Assembly: GCA_963528005.1 (NCBI GenBank)
Contig: CAURSM010000023.1
Span: forward strand, 11,211-75,210
Direction of reading: 5' to 3'
Source: an uncultured Eubacteriales bacterium
GTDB lineage: Bacteria > Bacillota > Clostridia > Lachnospirales > Lachnospiraceae
DNA length: 64,000 nt
Shown here piece after piece: positions 45,491 through 57,462 of the stretch. Each line of letters opens with the position of its first letter. Position 1 is the first letter of the stretch. The position numbers and the translations under genes were made by a program. Under the pieces are notes generated by a model, which saw nothing but the letters and a program-made list of their open reading frames with translations, was not told where the DNA came from and searched no databases.

Positions 45491-47293
45491 TTAGTCCATG
45501 GATTCCCAACGGTTTTTCAATACAAAAGCAGCACTCTTTGGCTGTCTTGCCCGGTCGAAAATCCCCTTTTTGTTTCCATTTACACGCATGATACCTTCTG
45601 TTGTTTGAAAATCAGCAAAGTTCCATACCAGCTCGCCTTGTATAAAGTCAAACTGGTCAAATATTTCAAAATTCATATCCAGATATTCATTCTGGTACTC
45701 CTGGCTCCACATGATACTTGGGAGTTTATGCTCTGCTGGCATTGTGTCAGTACCAAACTCTGTGAATACGAACGGAATATCCAGGTTTTTATCTTTCCAC
45801 TTGTTCATCTCAACTAAGAATGCTTCCTTCGCATCAACAAGCTCCGGACCTCCCTTGATATACCAGCCGTAATACCGGTTCAAACAGATAAAATCGCAAA
45901 GCTGATAACACTTACAAAGTTCCGGCTGACTGTTCTTTTCAAAGGCACCTGTCATAGGGCGCTTTTGAGGGTCCAAAGCTCTAGCCGCATCAAAAATCGT
46001 TGTAAAATAATCCTTAGACTCCTCACTGGTGGTTTCCGGCTCATTAAACAAACTCCAGGCTATCACAGAAGGGTGGTTCTTATCTCTGACAATCATCTCT
46101 TCCACTGCTTGAAGATGGGCTTTCAACAGGTTAGGCACAGTTGGTGTTTCAAAAAATCTGGTAAATTTACCTGTACCTGCATCTGCAAAGTTTCTTGTAG
46201 ATCTCATCATTCCAACTGCAGGAACCTCATCAATGATTAAGAAACCTTCTTCATCTGCAAACTGATACCACTCTTCCGCATAAGGATAATGACTGGTTCG
46301 AAAGCAATTGGCACCAATCCACTTCATGCATTCAAAGTCTCTCTTTAAAACACCCCAGTTAAAGCCCCTACCAATTACTTCAAAATCTTCATGTTTACCA
46401 AAGCCCTTTAAATAAACTGCTTTGCCGTTGATTTGAATTTCTTTTCCTACTATCTTTACAGTGCGGATACCGATTTTTGATGAATACTCATCAATTAACG
46501 TTTCTCCGTCCCAGATACGCATGACCGCTTGATAAAGATAAGCGTTCCCTACGTTCCAAAGATGAGCCTTAGGAACAATTACACTTCCCTCACTACCTGT
46601 ACTTTTTGCAACCGGCTGCTTATCTTCATCATATAATTCAAACGAAACTTCATGTGTTCCATTGGTTACAATCTGATAATTAACAACAGCATCTTCTCCA
46701 TTTAATTCATATTCTACGCTAAAATCTCCAATGGATTCCTTTGGTTTTGATACAAGCCATACGCTTCTTTGGATACCAGAATAATTGAAGAAGTCAAAAT
46801 AAGGCTTGGCCAGTTTTCTTCCATCACTCAGCACCATCGTTGCACCACATGGAAGGCTCTCTTCGTTTAATTCATTGTTGGCTTTTATGACAAAGGTATT
46901 GACTTCGCCAAATTTCACATAGTTTGTCACGTTGGCGACCACTGGTAAAAATCCGCCTTCATGGGTTGCTGTCAGACTTCCATTGCAATAAACACTTGCG
47001 CGGTGGGTAATGCTACCGAAACGGATTTCCAACTCCTGTTTCTCCCATTCTCGTGGTACAAATACTTCTGTCTCATACCAGAAATCTCCGCAGAAATCCC
47101 GTTCTTCCTTTGTGGTAAAAAAATCAGAAAAACTTGCGGGAACTGGCATGGAGATGGGGTGTGGCAGCTTATGCTGCCAGCCCTCCTGCAGTCCTTTTTC
47201 CTCCGGATCAAACCGGAATTTCCACATACCATCTAACAGCTGGGCCATTCTTGCCTGATTGCTGCATGGGTATAATTCTGAAAAATTCAGCAT
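45491..47293 (-). CDS. uidA: beta-glucuronidase (GH2)
   Basis: It appears colinear with E. coli GUS as recalled (LDGMWKFRFD, GDFWYETEVFVP, RFGSITHRASVYCNG). It has acid/base NEP (LFNEPET), nucleophile TEFG, and the glucuronide-specific N-x-K motif (VNGNKKGIFDRARQPK). Confidence 0.9.
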   Translation of the reverse strand: MLNFSELYPCSNQARMAQLLDGMWKFRFDPEEKGLQEGWQHKLPHPISMPVPASFSDFFTTKEERDFCGDFWYETEVFVPREWEKQELEIRFGSITHRASVYCNGSLTATHEGGFLPVVANVTNYVKFGEVNTFVIKANNELNEESLPCGATMVLSDGRKLAKPYFDFFNYSGIQRSVWLVSKPKESIGDFSVEYELNGEDAVVNYQIVTNGTHEVSFELYDEDKQPVAKSTGSEGSVIVPKAHLWNVGNAYLYQAVMRIWDGETLIDEYSSKIGIRTVKIVGKEIQINGKAVYLKGFGKHEDFEVIGRGFNWGVLKRDFECMKWIGANCFRTSHYPYAEEWYQFADEEGFLIIDEVPAVGMMRSTRNFADAGTGKFTRFFETPTVPNLLKAHLQAVEEMIVRDKNHPSVIAWSLFNEPETTSEESKDYFTTIFDAARALDPQKRPMTGAFEKNSQPELCKCYQLCDFICLNRYYGWYIKGGPELVDAKEAFLVEMNKWKDKNLDIPFVFTEFGTDTMPAEHKLPSIMWSQEYQNEYLDMNFEIFDQFDFIQGELVWNFADFQTTEGIMRVNGNKKGIFDRARQPKSAAFVLKNRWESMD

Positions 47294-47343
47294 CTTTCAC
47301 TCTCCTGTTATCTTTTTATGCTGTCAAAATTCACCATTCTTTA

Positions 47344-48729
<1,386 letters not shown>

Positions 48730-48744
48730 CTATTGTTTTCTATC

Positions 48745-48815
48745 AAAAAAGCCTGGTTATCCCCTACCATCAGAGAATAACCAGGCTTTGCTGAACTTAA
48801 TCATAACACTGCCAA
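48745..48815 (-). promoter_or_regulatory. RAT-like element overlapping an intrinsic terminator (LicT/BglG antitermination leader of the PTS-GUS operon)
   Basis: On the minus strand, GTGTTATGATTAAGTTCAGCAAAGCC resembles the RAT consensus TTGTTACTG...GCAGGCAAAACC. It overlaps the terminator AAAGCCTGGTTAT...ATAACCAGGCTTTTTTG. Confidence 0.7.
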
Positions 48816-48816
48816 A

Positions 48817-49656
48817 CTAACTATTTTTCAATTGTGACAAATGAACTGCAAGATAAATCAATTCATCATGACCTGCCTTGTAATGATACTTATCTTCAAT
48901 GTATTTACATACCTTCTGACTACAACGATATTCATCAGGGTAATTTCTAAGCAGTTCCTCTAACATACGTGCCCCACCATGCTCTTTATAATAATACTTT
49001 GTCATGACACGCTGTGCAAAAAATTTCAAATGAGTCATATATCGGTAATAGGGCAACGAATCTTCTTTTACCTGAAAATTCAACTCAGATAGAATCAAAT
49101 CGTTTAGCTCACTTACCATGACAATCATCTTTTTTGCGTTTCCGCTTATTTGATTATGCCGTGCCGTTACAAAATGCATGGCCACAAATCCTGCTTCATC
49201 ATTGGATAACCGGTAATCAAATTTTGCCTCGATTAAATCAAGCATCTTCAAACCAACCTTATATTCATCCGGATAAAATCGTATGATATCATGAAGAATC
49301 GAATTCGGTACAACAAACCCCTGCTTGAAATTTTCAACCGCATGGTAAATATGATCCACCAAGGAGATATGAATGGTTTCATTCAGGGTCATATCATAGA
49401 CCTGAACTGCATAATCAATTACATCCTCCGCCACCATAATATATTCCTGTGGTACGGTATCTAAAATTTCTCGAAACTGACTTTTATGGTTTTTATCTTT
49501 TAAAATAAACTGTTTCTCAACCCGCTCCTGATCGATGACATCTCCGTTACGGCTTTTAAAACCAAGTCCGCTTCCAAGAAGCAAAACATCTTGTCCATTT
49601 TCATCATTCGATATCACTGCATTTGTATTTAATATCTGCTTAATAACCATTTTCAT
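48817..49656 (-). CDS. licT: BglG/LicT family transcription antiterminator (CAT domain plus two PRDs)
   Basis: The N-terminal CAT domain is VIKQILNTNAVISNDENGQDVLLLGSGLGF. Two PRD repeats carry conserved His residues (HISLVDHIYHAV, GFVAMHFV, YLAVHL). Confidence 0.85.
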   Translation of the reverse strand: MKMVIKQILNTNAVISNDENGQDVLLLGSGLGFKSRNGDVIDQERVEKQFILKDKNHKSQFREILDTVPQEYIMVAEDVIDYAVQVYDMTLNETIHISLVDHIYHAVENFKQGFVVPNSILHDIIRFYPDEYKVGLKMLDLIEAKFDYRLSNDEAGFVAMHFVTARHNQISGNAKKMIVMVSELNDLILSELNFQVKEDSLPYYRYMTHLKFFAQRVMTKYYYKEHGGARMLEELLRNYPDEYRCSQKVCKYIEDKYHYKAGHDELIYLAVHLSQLKNS

Positions 49657-49718
49657 AAAAGTATCCTCAATCCCACTGTTTCAATGAATTATAAACGTTA
49701 CAGATATATTTTAAAAAC

Positions 49719-49782
49719 AAAAAAACAAGCATGCACCAAAAAAACAGATGCAGACTTGCCTAATTTAATAGTAACACTCCTG
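49719..49782 (-). promoter_or_regulatory. second RAT-like element plus terminator, upstream of licT itself
   Basis: On the minus strand, GAGTGTTACTATTAAATTAGGCAAGTCT closely matches the RAT consensus GATTGTTACTGATAAAGCAGGCAAGACCT. It overlaps the imperfect stem CAAGTCTGCA/TGCATGCTTG, which is followed by TTTTTTT. Confidence 0.65.
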
Positions 49783-49814
49783 TAAACTATCTCAATCTTA
49801 GCACAGGAGTGTTA

Positions 49815-49849
49815 GAAAAACAACCGGAATTTTAACCAATAATATTCCG
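49815..49849 (-). terminator. weak terminator after the GH1 gene
   Basis: On the minus strand, the 6-bp stem CGGAAT...ATTCCG has a 13-nt loop and is followed by GTTGTTTTT. Confidence 0.35.
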
Positions 49850-49865
49850 TGCAATTTGTACACTT

Positions 49866-51290
<1,425 letters not shown>

Positions 51291-51315
51291 TTAGTTATAA
51301 ATACAGATGACGACT

Positions 51316-51344
51316 ATATTATCAGATTTTTACCAAATAGACAA
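51316..51344 (-). promoter_or_regulatory. putative sigma-A promoter of the GH1 gene
   Basis: On the minus strand: TTGTCT, a 17-nt spacer, then TAATAT. AAGGAGG lies before the ATG. Confidence 0.4.
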
Positions 51345-51379
51345 GCCAAAGAGCGATTTGTTCACGAAATCACTTACAT

Positions 51380-52894
51380 CTACTCAAAAATTCTCCAGGC
51401 TACGATAAAATTACTTTTCCACCAGTTGGATCGTTTGCGGTGAACTACCTTTCCATTTCCGGAAGAAGCATCAATCACCATTCCTCCTTCTGCTGCAATT
51501 CCCATATGGCCGTTTTCTACTACAATATCTCCAGGTTTTATATCCCCATAGCTTGAGATACGTTTATATTTACCCATGTTTTTCCAGCCACTGGAAGTGA
51601 GATAACTTTGTCTTACCCCAATCTGATTCAAACACCAATAGACAAATCCGGAACAATCAAAGGAATTCGGTCCTTTGGAACCCCATACATACTTAGATCC
51701 CACTTTAGAAGCGGCAATATCAATGAGTGCCTTTACATTTCCTTTGGCTGCACTGCCTCCGTTACTGCCGCCTGTGCTTGGTTTGCCGTTTCCTTTGACA
51801 TTCTTATCTCCAGATAGATAGGAAAGTGTCTGCACGCCTACTGATCCATCTGCCGTGAGGCCATTATCCTTTTGAAATTTTTTCACTGCCTGTTCTGTGA
51901 TTTCTCCAAAATATCCGGTAGCATTACCAGAGGATAAATATCCGTATTGATTCAAAAGCTCCTGAACTCTTTTTACACTCTCTCCTTGTTCCCCTAAGAC
52001 CAGACCGTTTGGTCTTGCATCACCCTTTTCAAGGATTATTCTTGTGGAAGGCCCCAGGTATCCATCAACTACCAAATCATTTCTTGCCTGAAACTGTTTT
52101 ACAGCCATCACCGTATCCTTGCCATAATTCCCATCTGGGGTGGTGGTAAGGTATCCCAATCCCTTTAACCTCTTTTGAGCAGAAAGAACCACATCATTAT
52201 TTTCTCCATAAGTTAGAAAATTAGGTTTGATTTCTTCGCTATAAAGCAGGTTCATTGTCTGTCTGCCTACTTTTCCGTCTATGGACAACTGGTTTAGTTC
52301 CTGCAATTTAATCACTGCTTTTTTAGTAATCTTATCAAACGACCCATTAACCTCCTCTTTATTCATGAGATACCCTAACTCATAGAGTCTGTTTTGGATT
52401 CGTTTCACGTCATCTCCTGATATTCCCAAGGAAACAGCATAATATTTTGCTTCGTCTGAAAGCAGAATTGCCAAGGTCTCTGGTCCCACCACTCCGTCCT
52501 GAACCAGATTATTTTGTCTTTGGTATATCTTTATGGCGCTAGCAGTTACCGGGCCAAAAAAAGAAGTTGGTTCATCATTTTCCATAAAGCCAAGTTCCAT
52601 CAGTCGTTCCTGTAAGGTTGCTACAAAAGGATGCTCTGTGCCCTCTTTTAAATATTCAGGAGCTGGTGGGGTTTCCGGTTTCTCCTCCTCTTCTGCTACC
52701 GATGGAGTTGCTTTGTTTTCTGTTTTCAAATTTATGTCTGGTTTTTTTGCCTGTGGGGAAAGCACCTCTTTTCCCTGTTTCGCCAAAGAACCGTTTTTTT
52801 GATTGTATGTAGAGATACCGTAAATTCCTGCGATCAGTGCGGCAACAGCCACAAATATAATAGCTTTTTTATGTTGTTTTATCATTTTTAGCAT
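51380..52894 (-). CDS. cell-wall hydrolase: N-terminal TM anchor, four PG_binding_1 repeats and a C-terminal NlpC/P60 domain
   Basis: The repeats are LQERLMELGF, IQNRLYELGY, AQKRLKGLGY and VQELLNQYGY. The catalytic Cys context is FDCSGFVYW. Confidence 0.85.
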   Translation of the reverse strand: MLKMIKQHKKAIIFVAVAALIAGIYGISTYNQKNGSLAKQGKEVLSPQAKKPDINLKTENKATPSVAEEEEKPETPPAPEYLKEGTEHPFVATLQERLMELGFMENDEPTSFFGPVTASAIKIYQRQNNLVQDGVVGPETLAILLSDEAKYYAVSLGISGDDVKRIQNRLYELGYLMNKEEVNGSFDKITKKAVIKLQELNQLSIDGKVGRQTMNLLYSEEIKPNFLTYGENNDVVLSAQKRLKGLGYLTTTPDGNYGKDTVMAVKQFQARNDLVVDGYLGPSTRIILEKGDARPNGLVLGEQGESVKRVQELLNQYGYLSSGNATGYFGEITEQAVKKFQKDNGLTADGSVGVQTLSYLSGDKNVKGNGKPSTGGSNGGSAAKGNVKALIDIAASKVGSKYVWGSKGPNSFDCSGFVYWCLNQIGVRQSYLTSSGWKNMGKYKRISSYGDIKPGDIVVENGHMGIAAEGGMVIDASSGNGKVVHRKRSNWWKSNFIVAWRIFE

Positions 52895-52925
52895 TGTAGT
52901 ATTTTGGTTCCTTTCTGATGTATGC

Positions 52926-54557
52926 CTAAACCCCGGGACCTAAGGGTTGCTCCCTGCCCTCTGGTGCTTTTGTTGCCTCTGTTTCTTCAGGACCCTTAAC
53001 AGACTCGACTTCTTGATCCACGATTGTTGGTTTTTCTGCGATGCTTTCAGACTCCTGGATCGTTTGCGCCTTTGTCGTTTCCGATATGGCTTTTTTTGTT
53101 TCTTTCGGTATTACAACACCAGTCGTGTTTCTTTTTACCAGACCTGGTTTTCCCTTGTAATTACTGGAATGAAAATACACTTCTTTTAATACGACTCCAT
53201 CTTTTGATGTGATTAAATAAGTCTTCCAGGTTGACCCTTTTACTCCTGGTGTAACTACCACCTCTTGATCCAGCTGCAAGGTTTGATCTTCTTCATATTT
53301 AGGCTGTGGTGGGTCATACTCTTTTACTTTTTCAGAACGCATGGATATGGTCATTCCCTTCTCCAGTATTGGCATTGCAATAATGGAAATGGTCATCTTT
53401 TTATCCTTAAACACAGCGCGTATAGCAATGGAGGTTTTCGTATTATTGACAAAACGAAGATCAGGCCCACTGTAACCATCATAGCTTACCATTGCGTCTT
53501 CTCCTGGTATTACATAAGATGGTTCAAAACTGTGTGGATGTCGTTCTGTTGTTGCAATTCCAGAGAGTATAATTGCATTATATAAGGTGGACGAAACCTG
53601 ACAAACTCCTCCACCTGGTTCCTCTACAAATTCGCCATTGCGATAGGCTCCGGCTGGTTTATATCCACGTTCAATGGTTCGGTTTCCAGTGGTCTCATTA
53701 AAGGAAAAAGCTTCTCCTGGAAATATCACCAGACCATCTAGTGCATTTATGGCAAGGTTAATATTGTTATTTCTATTTTCATTATTTGTTGCCACGGTTT
53801 CAAATGTACCAATGATCTGATACTTCTCTTTTGCCTGGGCAGCGGTTAGGTCTGGCGCCTGTTTGAGTGCCTCGGCATCCACTTCAGCCTTGAAGTTCTT
53901 TTGTTGAATAAGACTCATGATTTTTTCAATCGTCTTTTCTTCATCAATCTGGATTCCGCTCTCTCCCTCGGAATAAATCCATTTGTTATTTTCCGCATCC
54001 CGCCTGGTCAACTGAGCATTTACTGGTTTTTGATTCCATTTGGAGGCCGCATCTTTCACCTGAAGTTTTATATTTTCCCGTACATCTGCCAAGTTCAGAT
54101 GATACTCTCCGCCTTCCTTTTGTAAATTGATCTCCTCTAGCAGTTGATCAATGATACCTGGAAGAGGATTATTTAACGCAATTGACTGTTCTTTATACTT
54201 AAGTTTTAAATCCCAAGGAAAGGAATCCAGTAATGTTTCTTTTGCTTCTTTTTTGTTTCGCCCAGTAAGGGAAATACCATCCACGTTCACTTCTTTTAAC
54301 GTAACGTTATCTGTCTCCGATTCTATTATAGTTTCCGTAGTCTCAATGGTATCTGTGGTCTCATTGGCTTGAGGATTCTGCTCCTTACTCTTTGAAACAG
54401 AGGTCAGCAAAAACACAGCTAAACCGATTAATATTACCAAAAAGATGACAGCTTGTATGGCAAATCTTCTTCTGGTCCCAGACCTTTGCTTTCCCATCTT
54501 ATCCTGTTTTGTACGGTTTCTTCTTTCTCTATCACCTTGTTGGCGCATAGTTAACAC
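52926..54557 (-). CDS. VanW family protein (membrane-anchored)
   Basis: It has an N-terminal TM segment and a VanW core (GGGVCQVSSTLYNA...ERHPHS). Confidence 0.75.
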   Translation of the reverse strand: MLTMRQQGDRERRNRTKQDKMGKQRSGTRRRFAIQAVIFLVILIGLAVFLLTSVSKSKEQNPQANETTDTIETTETIIESETDNVTLKEVNVDGISLTGRNKKEAKETLLDSFPWDLKLKYKEQSIALNNPLPGIIDQLLEEINLQKEGGEYHLNLADVRENIKLQVKDAASKWNQKPVNAQLTRRDAENNKWIYSEGESGIQIDEEKTIEKIMSLIQQKNFKAEVDAEALKQAPDLTAAQAKEKYQIIGTFETVATNNENRNNNINLAINALDGLVIFPGEAFSFNETTGNRTIERGYKPAGAYRNGEFVEEPGGGVCQVSSTLYNAIILSGIATTERHPHSFEPSYVIPGEDAMVSYDGYSGPDLRFVNNTKTSIAIRAVFKDKKMTISIIAMPILEKGMTISMRSEKVKEYDPPQPKYEEDQTLQLDQEVVVTPGVKGSTWKTYLITSKDGVVLKEVYFHSSNYKGKPGLVKRNTTGVVIPKETKKAISETTKAQTIQESESIAEKPTIVDQEVESVKGPEETEATKAPEGREQPLGPGV

Positions 54558-54633
54558 TCTCCCTTTTTTAACATTGGCAATATGCAGACACTTATTTAAT
54601 CTATCATATAAATATGGGGATTTTATGGGGATG

Positions 54634-54675
54634 AAAAGGCAGCACCGTCATTGACTCATGACGATGCTGCTTTTT
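54634..54675 (-). terminator. bidirectional-type terminator after the histidine kinase gene
   Basis: GCAGCACCGTCAT...ATGACGATGCTGC is flanked by an A-run and a T-run. Confidence 0.6.
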
Positions 54676-54703
54676 CCTATCACAATTTTAACTTCATTAC
54701 AAT

Positions 54704-56098
54704 TTATTGCAGTGGTAATATTATGGTGAAAATCGCCCCTTTTTCCTGGACATTTTCTGCATAGATTTTCCCTTGGTGATTTTCTACGATTGCCTTTGTA
54801 ATGGACAGACCGATGCCCATTCCTCCAGTTTTCTTACTTCTTGATTTATCAACACGGTAAAACCGATCAAACAGGTAGGGTAGATCTTCATTTGGAAAGC
54901 CGATCCCATTATCCGATACAATAATATAAATTTGCTTTCCTTCATTCCGATATTCTACAGTAATTGTTCCGCCTCCTGGCGTGTAGGCCAGTGCATTGGA
55001 TAAAAGATTAACCATGCACTGCTTTAAACGATAATAATCGGCATAAACCGGTGATTTGTCTGGCACAATTAAGAGCAGATTGATGTCCTTATCCTTTGCC
55101 TTGATCTCGAAATCACGGAAAATAGCTTGACTCATTTCTTTAAATTCAAATAAAGTTTTATCCAGGACCTGTTTTCGATTTTCCAGATCATATAATTCTT
55201 TCAGCTGATCTACAATCCTTACCAGACGTAAAATCTCACTATGGCAACTTTCCAGCCTGCTCCCTGTTGCTTCCCATACACCATCTATCATGGCCTCCAT
55301 ATGACTTTGCAGATTGGTTAGTGGGGTGCGTAGTTCATGGGCCACATCGGAAGTGATCTGCCGTTTCTGCTTTTCTTCCATCTCCAATGCCTTTGACATA
55401 TCATTAATGGATTGAACTAATTTATTGGTTTCTACCACAGGGGAATGGGTGATTGCCTGAGCGCCATATTCTCCCCCAGCAATCCTTTGAGCCAGATGAA
55501 TTACGCTAGTAATGGGTTTTGTCACAATCCATGCAATTAAAAATCCTAATACGATTACAAGAAAAATAGCGGCACCACCAATCATCAAAAGGGAACTGTT
55601 TAGATCCTTCATTAATCCAATCTCTTGATCATTTAATGAATACGGTCCATAATACCCTATCTTTAGTGTTCCCGTAACTGCGCCTTCGTTTTTTAATGTA
55701 TAGGTTTCTTCTAAATAACTGCCATTGAAATTCGGATATTTTCTATGCATAACATTATCCGCATGCTGAAGTAACATATTACATTCTTCTGCCCGGTGGC
55801 CTTTCGCATCCCAGTCAACTTCTTTGTTGGTTGACTGAACATGGATAATCAAGCCATTTTGTAAGGCAGCGTAGCCAATGATTTCAATCCCCTTTTTATC
55901 ATACATTCCGGTTTCAGAATTATACAACTGATCAATCTCAGCCATAACCTGTTGTATTTGATTCCTTTGTTGTTTCCTTGCGTATTGCTCAAAGATATCA
56001 TCCGCCGTTATATTCAGTATAAAGCTAAGGCCCAAAACCAGGAGCAATGCAATGGCAGAATAGGATACAATTAAGGTATTTTTTAGTGTTAATTTCAT
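54704..56098 (-). CDS. sensor histidine kinase (two TM segments, HAMP, HisKA, HATPase_c)
   Basis: H-box SDVAHELRTPLT and G-box GGMGIGLSI. Confidence 0.9.
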   Translation of the reverse strand: MKLTLKNTLIVSYSAIALLLVLGLSFILNITADDIFEQYARKQQRNQIQQVMAEIDQLYNSETGMYDKKGIEIIGYAALQNGLIIHVQSTNKEVDWDAKGHRAEECNMLLQHADNVMHRKYPNFNGSYLEETYTLKNEGAVTGTLKIGYYGPYSLNDQEIGLMKDLNSSLLMIGGAAIFLVIVLGFLIAWIVTKPITSVIHLAQRIAGGEYGAQAITHSPVVETNKLVQSINDMSKALEMEEKQKRQITSDVAHELRTPLTNLQSHMEAMIDGVWEATGSRLESCHSEILRLVRIVDQLKELYDLENRKQVLDKTLFEFKEMSQAIFRDFEIKAKDKDINLLLIVPDKSPVYADYYRLKQCMVNLLSNALAYTPGGGTITVEYRNEGKQIYIIVSDNGIGFPNEDLPYLFDRFYRVDKSRSKKTGGMGIGLSITKAIVENHQGKIYAENVQEKGAIFTIILPLQ

Positions 56099-56796
56099 AC
56101 TTCTGCTCCTGCAAATTTATACCCCATACCGTGAACGGTAATAATATATACTGGTTTCTTCCGGTTGTCCTCAATCTTTGTTCGTATGCTTTTAATATAA
56201 GTATCAATACTTCTGTCATAACCGTCAAAATTATCATCCAGTGCAAAGGTGATTAACTGCTCTCTGGTAAAGGTCCGATTGGGGGCCTTGGCCAGGGTAA
56301 TGAAAATTTTATACTCCGTAGGGGTAAGCCCCGCTTCTCTTCCTCTGATCTTTACATTTCGGTTCTCAAAATCAATTACCAGCTCTCCCTGGCCAAAGAA
56401 AACAGGAACGCCTGTTAGCTGGTCACTTTCCACTCTTCTTAAGACAGCTTCAATCTTTGCAACTACCGTTCTTGGGCTGAATGGCTTAAATATATAATCG
56501 TCTGCCCCTACTTTAAGCCCTTTTATCAAATCCTGCTCTTCTGTCTTTGCAGACACCATGATAATTGGCACACGAGAATGCATACGAATCATCTGACAAA
56601 TCTGCTCTCCCATCATATCCGGAAGCATCAGATCTAAAATAATCAGAGATATCTCATTATTGCGAAACAGGTTCATTGCATTTGCACCATCATAAGCATA
56701 GAGAATATCATACCCCGCCTTTTCTAAATATGCCTGTAGCACTTCCACTATTTTTTCTTCATCATCCACAATAAGGATTGTCCTACTCTTCTTCAT
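56095..56796 (-). CDS. OmpR-family response regulator
   Basis: Receiver domain (ILIVDDEE, IILDLMLPD) plus a winged-helix output domain. It overlaps the kinase gene by 4 nt. Confidence 0.9.
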   Translation of the reverse strand: MKKSRTILIVDDEEKIVEVLQAYLEKAGYDILYAYDGANAMNLFRNNEISLIILDLMLPDMMGEQICQMIRMHSRVPIIMVSAKTEEQDLIKGLKVGADDYIFKPFSPRTVVAKIEAVLRRVESDQLTGVPVFFGQGELVIDFENRNVKIRGREAGLTPTEYKIFITLAKAPNRTFTREQLITFALDDNFDGYDRSIDTYIKSIRTKIEDNRKKPVYIITVHGMGYKFAGAEV

Positions 56797-57096
56797 ATCG
56801 AATTCCTCATTTTATATTTATTATTCCTTAATTCCATTCTCAGGAAAGATTTACTGAAACCAACTGTGATTTCTTACATCATAAAATAATTTATAGAAAA
56901 TTGCTACTTAATACTTATTATTATGATTAAGCATTTCCTTTCATTGTATCATATCCTTTTTCTCTTCTAAAAAACAGTGCTTACCCTTAAAGCAAAGATA
57001 GCCTGTTCTTTATTGAGTTTTATAAAAGTAATTTTATCAGAAATATATGGGAATAATATGAGGATTCTAATAGAAATAAAAACAAAAAAATTACGC

Positions 57097-57149
57097 TTGA
57101 CAATTGAGTGTTCATTCAACTATAATAAACATATGAACAGTTGCTCAAT
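57097..57149 (+). promoter_or_regulatory. promoter of the metal-efflux operon with an overlapping inverted repeat (candidate ArsR/SmtB operator)
   Basis: TTGACA (57097-57102), an 18-nt spacer, then TATAAT (57121-57126). The inverted repeat ATTGAGTGTTCAT (57103-57115) / ATGAACAGTTGCTCAAT (57133-57149) brackets the -10 box. Confidence 0.55.
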
Positions 57150-57211
57150 CGTTCAGTTAGCAATCTGGACACTTGACACTATAAAATTTAAAAATAATAG
57201 GAGGATTCACT

Positions 57212-57439
57212 ATGAAACAGACATTTATACTAGAAGGACTTGACTGTGCAAACTGCGCAGCAAAAATTGAACGGGCGGTAGGTTCCTTAGATGGAGTTAC
57301 ATCAGCTTCTGTTAATTTCATGACAACAAAGATGACCCTTGAACTAAACGATGATGATACAGAGAAAACATTACAATCAGTTAAAAAAACTGTCAAAAAA
57401 ATAGAACCTGATGTCTCAATGAAATTGCACAGCAGGTAA
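57212..57439 (+). CDS. stand-alone heavy-metal-associated (HMA) domain protein
   Basis: GLDCANCAAKIE metal-binding motif and a ferredoxin-like size of 75 aa. Confidence 0.8.
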   Translation: MKQTFILEGLDCANCAAKIERAVGSLDGVTSASVNFMTTKMTLELNDDDTEKTLQSVKKTVKKIEPDVSMKLHSR

Positions 57440-57462
57440 CTTGGTAAAGGAGATGTCCTAAC

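Noticed and set aside
51350-51379. cre-like (CcpA) sequence ATGTAAGTGATTTCG upstream of the GH1 promoter.
   Set aside because: It has two mismatches at conserved consensus positions (WTGNAANCGNWNNCW) and lies upstream of the -35 box. The evidence is insufficient.
56977-57243. 88-aa plus-strand ORF in the 415-bp region upstream of the HMA gene.
   Set aside because: It is AT-rich with a Lys/Ile/Asn-biased product. It runs through the predicted promoter and operator and into the HMA start in another frame, and it has no SD.
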